DNA of 64,000 bases from Patescibacteria group bacterium. GTDB lineage: Bacteria > Patescibacteriota > Saccharimonadia > Saccharimonadales > JAZKJC01. The stretch lies in NCBI GenBank assembly GCA_040384565.1, contig JAZKJC010000010.1:7113-71112 (forward strand), in the 5' to 3' direction. Shown here piece after piece: positions 35,350-44,708 of the stretch. Every line of letters begins with the position of its first letter. Position 1 is the first letter of the stretch. The notes beneath the pieces are model-generated. The model was not told the origin of the DNA and searched no databases. It saw only the letters and a program-made list of their open reading frames with translations. The translations under genes were made by a program, and so were the position numbers.

Positions 35350-37740
35350 TCATCTGGGATTTGGGTGCTTCGCTACGGCATCTTTATCCAATTTTTCCAG
35401 CTTGTATTGAGTAGCTCTCTCGGCAGCTAGACGGGAGAGTTCCGGGTCTTCACCCTGATTTACGAATTTCATGGCTTCAGCCATCATGGGGTGGACTTCG
35501 CCCAACTTTTCGTGCATTTGTTGTACTAATTTGCGATAACCGGGGTGCCCCTGCGGGCTGGTCCGTAGTTCATGCAGGTGGAAAGCTTCTCTGGCATTGT
35601 AGGTAACTTTCCAGCGCATTTTGTGGCCTAAAAGCGTGGCGTATTGTGCTTCTAACTCAAAACCAGCCTCTTGCAACTGGCTGTGAAGCGCCAGGCTGAT
35701 GTCAAAGCATTTTTCGAACTGCTCGCTTAATCCAGCTTCTTCTACTAATTTGGACATTTCATAGCCGTAGCGAGGGGTCAACAGCTGCCACTGCATATCA
35801 TCTACCATCCTGTGGCGTTGAAGATCACGAAAGATGCCGTAATCACACATCAAATCCCAGCTGTAGTGGGCTTTTTCAATAGCTCTGCCTGGCCGGTGCC
35901 TGCGATTGAGACGTTCGCCAATGTATGCCGTAAATACTTCCTCTTTTTTGCTGATCGGCCACTTGGCTACTTGTGTCTGCACGCCTTTTAGTGGCAAATT
36001 GCTGTGTTCGTAGAGCATATCAGGAACAAGATCTAGCTCATTACGTGGCCAGTAAGACACAAGCTGGACTGCTTCGCTAGCATCAGCGTGTTTATCGCTT
36101 AAGTGCTTTTCTGCTAAATCACGGACCGTCTGCCGTGTATTGGCGTTATAGGCAATTGTCGCTCCGCCACGATCGGGCTTGTCGGCTCGTTCCAAAAATG
36201 TTGGCACTACTTTGCGTGCTTCAGCGAGCATTTGTTGCCCAGTAGCACGAGCTTCCAGCATATCGTCACTCAATAGATGCATAATAAGGCTTTCAAGTGC
36301 TTGACCGGAGGCAAAAATGCCAACGGTAGACTTTGTAGCTACAGGCAGCACTGGCCGGATCGCATCACATGCTTGAGCACGAGTAGCACCCTGCCAGGCA
36401 ATGTCTTGCTCTTCCTTTGGTACATCTGCTTTCTCACGTACATATTTGGTAAGTTTATGTACCATATCGGAATACAAGTTAAATATTTCATCTATAGAAT
36501 GTTCGTACAAAACTTTAGTCTTTTGGTCAAAATTGGTAGGGGTATAGTATTTGTACTTGCCGTCCTCATCTTTCTGGTCATAAAAAATATAGCGGGTGGA
36601 TTGTTCTAAGTAGGCTGCCAAACGTCCCCATTCTAACTTTTTAGTTAATAAGTTACTGGCGGCTTCTACGACTATATATTCGCCAACCAACTGTTGGACT
36701 GAATCGTCGCCGTAGGCTGTTATGACGCGTTGCAGCAATTTTTCGTCTTTGCCCAGTGCCCCCGCAAACTCGTCCAAAAGAGTCACCCGCATATCATCGC
36801 CGCGTCTAGATAACCTCGCCATGGCGGCAGCAATGGTTATTGGGCTCAACTTTTCGTAAAATCCATAAACATTTCCGGTGGTGTTGGTGACGCTTTCCTC
36901 TAAAAATTTCTGGCCAACAGCAGTAATTTTGTAGCCATCTTCCGTTTTCTGAATATATGGATTGTTGGCTTTGGTAACCGATGGTGCCTGCGTTGTCTTA
37001 AGCTCACTGCTCACCGCTCTTTGCTCATGGCTGCTAGTCTTATCAGGCAATAGCGGCTCCACGGCTTGCCACAGTAAACTATGAACAGTGTCTGCATCCA
37101 AGAGCTTACCGGCTCTTATGCAGTCAATGATGGCAAAGTCTTTTGGAAATAGTTGGCACATAGTTTCATAAACTTCAACCGAACGTTTCATGTGCTCAAT
37201 ATCGGCTTCGTGAATATCGCGCTTATTGTCCGTATATTCGCGTTTTTCTTTCTTATCAACCAACCCCTGAGCAATTTCGGCTGGCACACGTAAAACAATC
37301 GAGCGGTCAGGCCGTGGTATTTTAAGAACTTCAAATTCCAGGTTTTCATTCCAAAGGAAATAACCGCGACGATGTTCAGCGTGGTTAAACTTGGCCCCTT
37401 GATGGGCCATATTGCTGCCGGTATAACGGTTAGTGATAACAATTTTACCTGACTCTAGTGCCTCGCGTATTGCGGGAGCTGCCTGGTACCTGTCAAGAGC
37501 GTAAAATAACGAAGCCGTGTAAGGCCCAACCTGCTCGGCGGTTCCGTACGCCCCGTTCAAATACTCTTTGACGAAATATGAGGACGGTAGGTCGTACTGC
37601 GGAAAGTCAAACACGGCGACATCGTAGCCGTCGTTCTTGAGCCGTTCAACGAGTTTTTTGAACTGCGTGGTTTTGCCTGAACCGTCTGTTCCTTCGATGG
37701 CTATAAGCGTACCTTGGGCTCTTGGCGCTTGCTTGCTCAT
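35350..37740 (-). CDS. tmk-thyX: Fusion: thymidylate kinase (N-terminal) + long-form FAD-dependent thymidylate synthase ThyX (C-terminal)
   Basis: 796 aa. The N-terminal roughly 235 aa carry IAIEGTDGSGKTTQ and a Tmk-like body. The C-terminal roughly 530 aa carry ThyX hallmarks (LEQSTRYI...; FRDLQRHRM). Confidence 0.8.
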   Translation of the reverse strand: MSKQAPRAQGTLIAIEGTDGSGKTTQFKKLVERLKNDGYDVAVFDFPQYDLPSSYFVKEYLNGAYGTAEQVGPYTASLFYALDRYQAAPAIREALESGKIVITNRYTGSNMAHQGAKFNHAEHRRGYFLWNENLEFEVLKIPRPDRSIVLRVPAEIAQGLVDKKEKREYTDNKRDIHEADIEHMKRSVEVYETMCQLFPKDFAIIDCIRAGKLLDADTVHSLLWQAVEPLLPDKTSSHEQRAVSSELKTTQAPSVTKANNPYIQKTEDGYKITAVGQKFLEESVTNTTGNVYGFYEKLSPITIAAAMARLSRRGDDMRVTLLDEFAGALGKDEKLLQRVITAYGDDSVQQLVGEYIVVEAASNLLTKKLEWGRLAAYLEQSTRYIFYDQKDEDGKYKYYTPTNFDQKTKVLYEHSIDEIFNLYSDMVHKLTKYVREKADVPKEEQDIAWQGATRAQACDAIRPVLPVATKSTVGIFASGQALESLIMHLLSDDMLEARATGQQMLAEARKVVPTFLERADKPDRGGATIAYNANTRQTVRDLAEKHLSDKHADASEAVQLVSYWPRNELDLVPDMLYEHSNLPLKGVQTQVAKWPISKKEEVFTAYIGERLNRRHRPGRAIEKAHYSWDLMCDYGIFRDLQRHRMVDDMQWQLLTPRYGYEMSKLVEEAGLSEQFEKCFDISLALHSQLQEAGFELEAQYATLLGHKMRWKVTYNAREAFHLHELRTSPQGHPGYRKLVQQMHEKLGEVHPMMAEAMKFVNQGEDPELSRLAAERATQYKLEKLDKDAVAKHPNPR

Positions 37741-38441
37741 AGTGCTTTTAAACCTTTGATCTCCTCCGGTAACTTTCTGCTGTCTTTATATGCTCGCGGC
37801 AGCATCTGTTCTGGCGTCCAGTTGGCAATAATAGAATCCAAATCATCACTAGCATTAGGCTGGTACTTACCACTTAGCTTCTTGTACTCGCTATCTACCG
37901 GCCCAGTCTCATAGAACACCATTTGGGCAACTCGTTCGCCGACAGGCAAAACAACACTTTCGTGCTGGTTCATATTGTAAATTTCCATTGTCCAACGGTT
38001 AATATAGCCAGGATCTCCCCAGCCAGCATCTAAACAAACAGCAACGCCGTTCCTGCCCCAAGTACTCCTGGCTTGCATGGTGCTAGTGCCAGGCGCCTTA
38101 ATTCCTATAAATTCGTGCGTATGCCCCAGGATACGTTCTTGGGGGCGCAAGACAATAATAGGATAGTCCGGTGGAATGTTGGCGAACAGTTTACGTCCAT
38201 GCTTTTCTGCCCATTCCTGATGAACCTCTGCTTTCATGGCGCCACTAAAGTATTGATTCACTGAAGCCTTGTCAAAGGGATTATAGAAGCCACCCTGACT
38301 AGGTCTTTCTGTGCGATAGAACCATTCTCCGAGCGTCACATCTATACTGCTACCCGCAATGTGTTCTTCCACATAGGGGTGATATACGATGTGACCTGCC
38401 TTAATGGCGGCCTTGATTTGAATATTGCTATAGACTCCCAT
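37737..38441 (-). CDS. dcd: dCTP deaminase / dUTPase-superfamily protein
   Basis: 234 aa. The N-terminal IKAAIKAGHIVYHPYVEEHIAGSSIDVTLGEWFY fits the Dcd pattern. ATGA overlap with tmk-thyX. Confidence 0.7.
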   Translation of the reverse strand: MGVYSNIQIKAAIKAGHIVYHPYVEEHIAGSSIDVTLGEWFYRTERPSQGGFYNPFDKASVNQYFSGAMKAEVHQEWAEKHGRKLFANIPPDYPIIVLRPQERILGHTHEFIGIKAPGTSTMQARSTWGRNGVAVCLDAGWGDPGYINRWTMEIYNMNQHESVVLPVGERVAQMVFYETGPVDSEYKKLSGKYQPNASDDLDSIIANWTPEQMLPRAYKDSRKLPEEIKGLKAL

Positions 38442-38556
38442 CTCCTCCTATTGTACGAAATATTTTGTGGTCTTTACAATGATATGCGGAAATATTACAA
38501 CTAAATTTTGAGTATAAACCTACGACGCGTGTAATCTATTGACTAAAGAATCTAAC

Positions 38557-39312
38557 TTATAGAGACGCAGTATGGTAAGTGCTCTGAAGTTTATTTTGTT
38601 TTAAGTCCTCGTAGAATATAGCCGTGAACTTACGTACGTCAGCTACCGTGCCATTGCTCATGATAGTGCAATCAACCTGAATATTTTGTCTTTCACGTTC
38701 GGTTGGATCCAGCATGTCGCTTTGCAGATGTCCTGGGCGATATACCTTAACAATAATCGCGCCGGCGCCACGCAAAATCGCGGCATCGCTGGGGTATCGT
38801 AAACCTCCTACAATGCATAACTCGCAACCTGCCGCGGCTGCTTGCCTGATACGACGTACAATTTCGTTATACCAGATGCCACTGTCTATGCGTTGTACAA
38901 GATAACCCCCAAGCCACTGCAGAAGCGGCCTAAAGCTTTCTTTATTATCCTTGGTGATTGGTTGATTAATAAGTTCTGGTCTGCGTTGTAAGTTCTCTAC
39001 ATGGAGTATTAGCTTTTGGTATTCCACAGGGTGTTCTTCCATAGCTATTTGGTCAAGTTTAATTTGCTCAAAGTTAGCGCGGGCATGGACAATATCCATA
39101 AGAATAGGCGGTAACGCTCGTAACCAGTTGTTTAATCGTTCCACATTGTACGGGTCGGGTATATCATTAAGCGCTGATTGAAACGCGTTAGCCACCTCTG
39201 CGATTATTAATGATGTTTCAAGGTGAACTGTCGAAGGCACAAGCTCCTTAAGGCCATCAGCAAAAGTGCTCTTGCCGTGTCCAATGGGCCCGGTCATTCC
39301 GATTATTATCAT
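38557..39312 (-). CDS. P-loop kinase (CoaE / dNMP-kinase-like), tentative
   Basis: 251 aa. GMTGPIGHGKST P-loop, and IVGGLRYPSDAAILR reminiscent of dNMP kinases. Confidence 0.4.
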   Translation of the reverse strand: MIIIGMTGPIGHGKSTFADGLKELVPSTVHLETSLIIAEVANAFQSALNDIPDPYNVERLNNWLRALPPILMDIVHARANFEQIKLDQIAMEEHPVEYQKLILHVENLQRRPELINQPITKDNKESFRPLLQWLGGYLVQRIDSGIWYNEIVRRIRQAAAAGCELCIVGGLRYPSDAAILRGAGAIIVKVYRPGHLQSDMLDPTERERQNIQVDCTIMSNGTVADVRKFTAIFYEDLKQNKLQSTYHTASL

Positions 39313-39350
39313 AACCTTATTGTACTAAAATACTGCCACTTGTAGAAAGT

Positions 39351-39788
39351 TTATTTAATTACGATGCGCAGATGAGGTTTCTCGAAGTATATTAAGCCTC
39401 TAACCTTGCGCCTGGCTAGCTTAATAAGATGGGTATGTTGGTGCGTGACAGATTTCATGACAGATCCAGGCGCGCGGGCATAAATGTCATAGCCTTTTTG
39501 TTCATATTTACTGATTGTCCTGACAAATTCACTAGCTGCCTCTGGGGTAATATCGGCTAGCGTATCAGTGTGTTGTTTTGGTATAAGCATCAGGTGATCC
39601 AGGACTGGCTGATTATCCCATAGCGAATACGGAAATATATTGTGAACCACCATAAAAGAGCTTGTTTCACTCACAAACTGTTTATGGGACCTATCTATTG
39701 CGCAAAAATCACATTTATTGCTGTTATTTTTGGCCTTAGACAAATGTTTATCATAAGCTTTAGTCTGTTTGTTGGATCGGTAAGACAT
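39351..39788 (-). CDS. HIT family protein
   Basis: 145 aa. Histidine triad HQHTHLI. Confidence 0.75.
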   Translation of the reverse strand: MSYRSNKQTKAYDKHLSKAKNNSNKCDFCAIDRSHKQFVSETSSFMVVHNIFPYSLWDNQPVLDHLMLIPKQHTDTLADITPEAASEFVRTISKYEQKGYDIYARAPGSVMKSVTHQHTHLIKLARRKVRGLIYFEKPHLRIVIK

Positions 39789-39805
39789 AATTGATCTCCG
39801 ATTGG

Positions 39806-40792
39806 CTATACTTCGGATATCTCTACAGGAATACTTGGTCCCATGCTTGTGGTAACAAATATAGATTTGACATATGTGCCTTTAAGGCTAGCCGGTTTGT
39901 TAGATTTTATGTTGTCCATAAGAGCTAAGCCATTTTTGAGTAAGTTGTCACCGCCAAAGCTTACCTTGCCTATGCCAGCATGCACTATACCCGTACTATC
40001 TACTCGGTATTCAACCCGGCCTGCTTTGGCTTCAGTAACTGCTTTTGCAACATCGGTGGTTACTGTACCGCTTTTGGGGTTTGGCATAAGGCCTTTTGGC
40101 CCTAATAAACGAGCATACTTGCCTAGTTTTGACATAGATTGTGGTGTGGCGATCAGAACATCAAAATCTATTTTACCTTTTTCTAACTGTTGCAAAAATT
40201 CATCACTTGCTGCGATATCAGCGCCAGCTTTTTTGGCCTTTTCTACGTTATCACCCTCAGCGAATACGGCTATTCGCAATGTTTTCCCTGTTCCAGCGGG
40301 CAATACTATGGTGTCACGAAGATTCTGGTCGGCCTGTCTGGGGTCTATGCCCAAGCGTATATGCAGCTCTACTGTAGCGTCAAACTTAACCGGACTTGTC
40401 TTTGTAGCAAGCTCCAGGGCGTCTTTAAGGCTATAAATTTTATGCTTTTCGATCTGCTCAGCCAGTTTGCGGAAATTCTTGCCCTTACGTTCTAGCAATG
40501 AACGTGATGGCTTTTGGAGAACCTTTGGCTTCTCTTGTTCAGTAGTTTTAGATTTTAAGACTTCTGCCTTTCGGGCTTCCTTGGCTTTTAAGGCTTCAGC
40601 TTCTTTATGTGCTTTCTCGCTGCGCTTACCAGCCTTGGCAGTAGCCTTCGGCTCTTGAGCAATGAGCTCTGAGCTTTGAGCAATGACGACTTCGTCGACT
40701 ATAGACTCTGCTTTTGCTGCTGGTTTTTTAGGTACAGCTTTCTTTGTTACTTTTTTATTTTCATTGCTCGGTGCTAGTTCTTCTTTGCTCAT
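39806..40792 (-). CDS. rplA: 50S ribosomal protein L1 with about 100-aa Lys/Ala/Glu-rich N-terminal extension
   Basis: The L1 body starts near GKNFRKLAEQIEKHKIYSLKDALEL...FDATVELHIRLGIDPRQADQNLR. Start set at MSKEEL (GAAAGGA RBS); the ORF track extends to 40843. Confidence 0.85.
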   Translation of the reverse strand: MSKEELAPSNENKKVTKKAVPKKPAAKAESIVDEVVIAQSSELIAQEPKATAKAGKRSEKAHKEAEALKAKEARKAEVLKSKTTEQEKPKVLQKPSRSLLERKGKNFRKLAEQIEKHKIYSLKDALELATKTSPVKFDATVELHIRLGIDPRQADQNLRDTIVLPAGTGKTLRIAVFAEGDNVEKAKKAGADIAASDEFLQQLEKGKIDFDVLIATPQSMSKLGKYARLLGPKGLMPNPKSGTVTTDVAKAVTEAKAGRVEYRVDSTGIVHAGIGKVSFGGDNLLKNGLALMDNIKSNKPASLKGTYVKSIFVTTSMGPSIPVEISEV

Positions 40793-40911
40793 CTTTTGTC
40801 CTTTCGTGGTATTAACATACTGGCACTCCCAGCACTCCCACAAATTAATTACTCATTTAAGGATAGCATATACGCTCATAATTAGTAAATACAGCTCATA
40901 AATGTTATTAT

Positions 40912-43200
40912 ATGCATATGATCCCTGTAGGTGACGGCATACTTAAATCTTCCATATCTGAGATATACCCTGGTGATCAAAACAGGGGGTTTCTTGATAT
41001 ACATGCCGAAGCCTTGGAAGATCCCTTGGCGAGTAAGGTGATTAAGATTTTATATGAAACCGGTTTATTAACGCCAGGTATGAGTGACGCGATTGGTGTA
41101 CTTGGCCTTGTCAGGCAAACCGAAGAAGAAATAACTAGAAACGAGCCAGATAACCCTTTAGGACTCGACTCTGTTGACAAGCTAAGAGGCTTACTCCCAG
41201 AATATGACGAACGATGGGGATATGCATTTGGAGTGGCCTTGTCCGTAACTGAAAACGAGAGATATGAACTAAGCCACCTTAACCAAACAGCCGACGAAGT
41301 GCTTGAGCTACTGTTAGCAAGCCCACATAGTGAGCTTTCTGATTCAGAAATTATGGCTGTCGTTAGCGCATTAGCTGGCTACACCCACGATGCCATACCA
41401 CTTAAGTCAGCCGCTAAGCTTATTCCCAAATCGTCCCTTGAAAAAGTAAAGTCAATGAGAAAGCTAATATTACAAACCGACATAGAGGGTTTTCTTATAA
41501 ATACTGCCCATAATATGGCAATTGTCGAGGATCAATTAGCTGCATCCGGGTTAAGACTACGTGCCGCCCTGAATATAATTGAAACTCTTAATCCTGTGCT
41601 CAGAATGTTTGGGGATGGCTTTGAACCATTTAGGATTCGCGCACGTGATGGTGCCGGTAATTTTTTGGCCCAAAATGATCCTGAAATGCACGATAGAATC
41701 CAAAAAGTTCGGGATTTGGCAGCACGCGCCAGTGAACCTGCATTAAATATATTCCAGCAAATGGCAAATGGATATGGCCAAGTTGTTGCTGGGCGCCCAA
41801 AAAGCGAGGTCTCGTTTATGATGAAATCGACTCGAAAAAACATCGAAATAGAAGATGTCGCTGATCCGCTTGGCTATAGGGTAGAAGCTCAAACACATGC
41901 CCAAATGATCCAGCTGGTAAAGAGTATACTGGATTTATTTAAGACCAGTAAGCATGCAAAAGTTGAAACGCCGAAATATACTTTGAGTATTGGCAGAACC
42001 GACGGTGAGCCTGCTATAGAATTGGACATTGCTAATTCTAAAGAGTTTTGGGAAAAGCTTGGGCAACCTGAAAATGTTCAGGCGCTAAGTCCAACAGCCA
42101 GAGGGTATCAGATAGTACACATCAATTTTATTATGAAACTTAAAGACGGCAGCGATCCTTTGAACATTGAACTACAGATTGGCACAGCTAAAATGCACAA
42201 AAGGAATGAACAAGGCGAATCTATAGTTGCAATATATAAACTTGGGTATGATGAGGATGATGATATTAGCCCAATCATAAGCATGCGTGACCATATTCAA
42301 AGACGAGCAAGTGGTTATATAGAGGGGAAGAGACAACTAAGCATGAGTACACAGTTAAAGTTAATTGAACTTATGCCTGAGTGGGAAACGTCGCTATCAA
42401 AGCTGTACAGTGTTTTAAGCTACCAAAATAAAGTTATTGCGTATTCCAAAAAGCTTCGGAATTGCATAGATTTAGCTACTTTTAGCGACGAGCTTATGGC
42501 TACTGAAGCCTCTGTGTTAGTGGCACCGATAGGTTATATGGATAAAGACACTTTTATAGGTATAGTTGGCTCAATTGAACCTACATTTGTTGGTGACAGA
42601 TCAAAGCTACGCCAAACACTTACGCTTCTTGAGGACTGGCATAAAGATGATAATCTGAGGCGTGACGGCAATAGACATTTTGAAGGGCATATATTACCAG
42701 TAGCACTTTCCTACTTTATTAACCGTACAGCCCAAGGCATAAAAATTGACGTGGACGAATTGGTGGCAATTATTGCACACGATGGCATTGAAGATGAAGA
42801 GGATCTCTCAAAGCGTGAAGCAAAAAGAAAAATTGTTAAACAACGTCTTGGGAAAACGGTATACACACTAGTTGACTTACTAACAAAAGACCCCAGTCTC
42901 GCTGGTGACGATGCTGACGCCGAACAGGCCAAAAGATTGGCGCATGCTGATCCAAAACTCCGAGACTTGGTTTTATACATGAAAGTTGTGGATCGGTTCT
43001 GCAGCCACACTACTGACATGGAAGCAGCAGTAGCTGCACCAGAAGAGGAAGCATGGCAGCCACGTTATTCAGAATACTTTAATAATTCAGCGAAGCATTT
43101 TGCTGAAATGTTTCTGGAAAATGATCAAACTCGCCCACTATGGCTGTTATGCTGGGATATTTTTAAGGCTGTTGAGAAAAAATATAATAAGGGGACGTAA
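40912..43200 (+). CDS. RelA/SpoT homologue with synthetase domain preceding the HD hydrolase-type domain
   Basis: 762 aa. Synthetase motifs: GRPKSEVSFMMKSTRK, DPLGYRV and RGYQIVHINF...LNIELQIGTAKMH...IYKL. Then the HD domain: HFEGHILPVA...AIIAHDGIEDE...LGKTVYTLVDLLTKD. The roughly 290-aa N-terminal region is unassigned. Confidence 0.75.
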   Translation: MHMIPVGDGILKSSISEIYPGDQNRGFLDIHAEALEDPLASKVIKILYETGLLTPGMSDAIGVLGLVRQTEEEITRNEPDNPLGLDSVDKLRGLLPEYDERWGYAFGVALSVTENERYELSHLNQTADEVLELLLASPHSELSDSEIMAVVSALAGYTHDAIPLKSAAKLIPKSSLEKVKSMRKLILQTDIEGFLINTAHNMAIVEDQLAASGLRLRAALNIIETLNPVLRMFGDGFEPFRIRARDGAGNFLAQNDPEMHDRIQKVRDLAARASEPALNIFQQMANGYGQVVAGRPKSEVSFMMKSTRKNIEIEDVADPLGYRVEAQTHAQMIQLVKSILDLFKTSKHAKVETPKYTLSIGRTDGEPAIELDIANSKEFWEKLGQPENVQALSPTARGYQIVHINFIMKLKDGSDPLNIELQIGTAKMHKRNEQGESIVAIYKLGYDEDDDISPIISMRDHIQRRASGYIEGKRQLSMSTQLKLIELMPEWETSLSKLYSVLSYQNKVIAYSKKLRNCIDLATFSDELMATEASVLVAPIGYMDKDTFIGIVGSIEPTFVGDRSKLRQTLTLLEDWHKDDNLRRDGNRHFEGHILPVALSYFINRTAQGIKIDVDELVAIIAHDGIEDEEDLSKREAKRKIVKQRLGKTVYTLVDLLTKDPSLAGDDADAEQAKRLAHADPKLRDLVLYMKVVDRFCSHTTDMEAAVAAPEEEAWQPRYSEYFNNSAKHFAEMFLENDQTRPLWLLCWDIFKAVEKKYNKGT

Positions 43201-43202
43201 AC

Positions 43203-43628
43203 CTACTCGACTTCCACGCCCATGCTGCGGGCTGTACCGGCTACCATTTTTTTAACGGCTGGAATGTCGTCGGTGTTCATGTCGCCAGCTTTTGTAGTGG
43301 CAATCTCTGTAAGTTGATTGTCATTAAGCTTTTTTGCTATTTTTTCGCTGTTAGGTTTGCCTGAACCTTTTTGAATACTCAGAGCCTTACGTATAAGGTC
43401 ATCTGTTGGTGTTCCAACAACCCGGAAATCCATTGTCCGGTCTTCAAATATGGTAATATGCACTGTCAGATCCTGACCCATGCGGTCTTTGGTGGCATCA
43501 TTAAATGGAGTAATAAAATCCATCATATTCACACCATATTGGCCCAAAGTACTACCCACTGGAGGTGCGGCATTAGCCTGGCCGCCCTTTAATTTCATCT
43601 TCAAATTTGCTTTAACTGCTTTAGCCAT
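43203..43628 (-). CDS. rplK: 50S ribosomal protein L11
   Basis: Start at MAKAVKANLKM (AGGGAG RBS). PPVGSTLGQYGVNMMDF hallmark. Confidence 0.9.
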   Translation of the reverse strand: MAKAVKANLKMKLKGGQANAAPPVGSTLGQYGVNMMDFITPFNDATKDRMGQDLTVHITIFEDRTMDFRVVGTPTDDLIRKALSIQKGSGKPNSEKIAKKLNDNQLTEIATTKAGDMNTDDIPAVKKMVAGTARSMGVEVE

Positions 43629-43818
43629 AATTAACTCCCTTATCGTAGTAAGTAGAACGTAGCACGTATAACGGGATTGAAACAATCCGGTTGAAGCTGA
43701 CCGTAATACTTTCTACGTACTACGTTATACGCGCTCATGTAACTGATAAAGTCTACTACAACTTACCCCTGTTGTCCATTATTTGTAGTGCTCAGGAGGG
43801 GCTACTTGACACCTATTC

Positions 43819-44136
43819 CTACTTTATGCTCAAGCCTCTATCGTATGCCTGCTCTGCTTGACAAACCAAAGATTGATAGTCAAGTCTCTCTTCAAGTGCT
43901 GAGCTACCGCTATCTAATAATACTTGGGATACCGCACTAGCAACTTCAGTTGCTTCGTGTCGCAAGAGTCCTATAGCTGAGGGATTTATCCCCGGTTCAT
44001 CCTCTAGACCTGAACTAAAATCATGCAATTCTCGGCATAATCTCCCAAGCTCATTAGTTAACCCATTGAGCACTTCCCAGTTTCGTGTAACTCTTTCTTG
44101 TGCACTTAAATCTTCGTATTTTGGCATGGTCAGCAT
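43819..44136 (-). CDS. Hypothetical protein inserted between nusG and rplK
   Basis: About 105 aa from MLTMPKYED. No motif recognised. Confidence 0.35.
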   Translation of the reverse strand: MLTMPKYEDLSAQERVTRNWEVLNGLTNELGRLCRELHDFSSGLEDEPGINPSAIGLLRHEATEVASAVSQVLLDSGSSALEERLDYQSLVCQAEQAYDRGLSIK

Positions 44137-44152
44137 CCCGTAACTATAAATA

Positions 44153-44695
44153 TTATACCCTTTTAACTTGCAAGCTGTCAAGCTCTACTGGGGTTTCACG
44201 GCCAAACATGTTTACTAGGACTTTTAGTTTGCCCTTGGTCTGATCTACTTCGCTGATGCTGCCATCAAAGCTTTTGAATGGGCCATCAATGATGTTAACG
44301 ACTTCACCAACCTTGTAATCTATCTTGTGTTTAGGCTCGCCTTGCCCCATACGCTTCATGATTTTGTCAATCTCGTCCAGGCTAATGGGTGTCGGTTCGC
44401 TACCGCTACCTACGAATCCAGTAACGGATGGGGTATTACGGACAATGTACCAGGCGTCTTCTGTCATTTTAATTTGGACTAACACGTAACCCTGGAAAAT
44501 TCGTTTTTCTACTACTTTGCGCTTGCCGTTTTTGACTTCGATCATTTTTTCTTTGGGTACCAATACTTGGATAATCTTGTCCTTCATGTCCAAGCTTTCG
44601 GTACGTTGGCGTATACTTTCTGCTACCTTTTCTTCGTAACCACTATAGGTATGGATGGCATACCATTGTTTCGTTGCGTCGTATCGTTTACTCAT
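44153..44695 (-). CDS. nusG: Transcription termination/antitermination factor NusG
   Basis: 180 aa. NGN domain WYAIHTYSGYEEKV and KOW domain GEVVNIIDGPFKSFDGSISEV. Confidence 0.95.
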   Translation of the reverse strand: MSKRYDATKQWYAIHTYSGYEEKVAESIRQRTESLDMKDKIIQVLVPKEKMIEVKNGKRKVVEKRIFQGYVLVQIKMTEDAWYIVRNTPSVTGFVGSGSEPTPISLDEIDKIMKRMGQGEPKHKIDYKVGEVVNIIDGPFKSFDGSISEVDQTKGKLKVLVNMFGRETPVELDSLQVKRV

Positions 44696-44708
44696 TAGTT
44701 ATATTCTC

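Noticed and set aside
43641-43740. Imperfect repeats (acgtagcacgtataacg / acgtactacgttatacg) upstream of rplK as an L1-binding leader.
   Set aside because: The similarity is weak and I cannot model the 23S-mimic structure by eye. It is noted only as part of the rplK upstream region.
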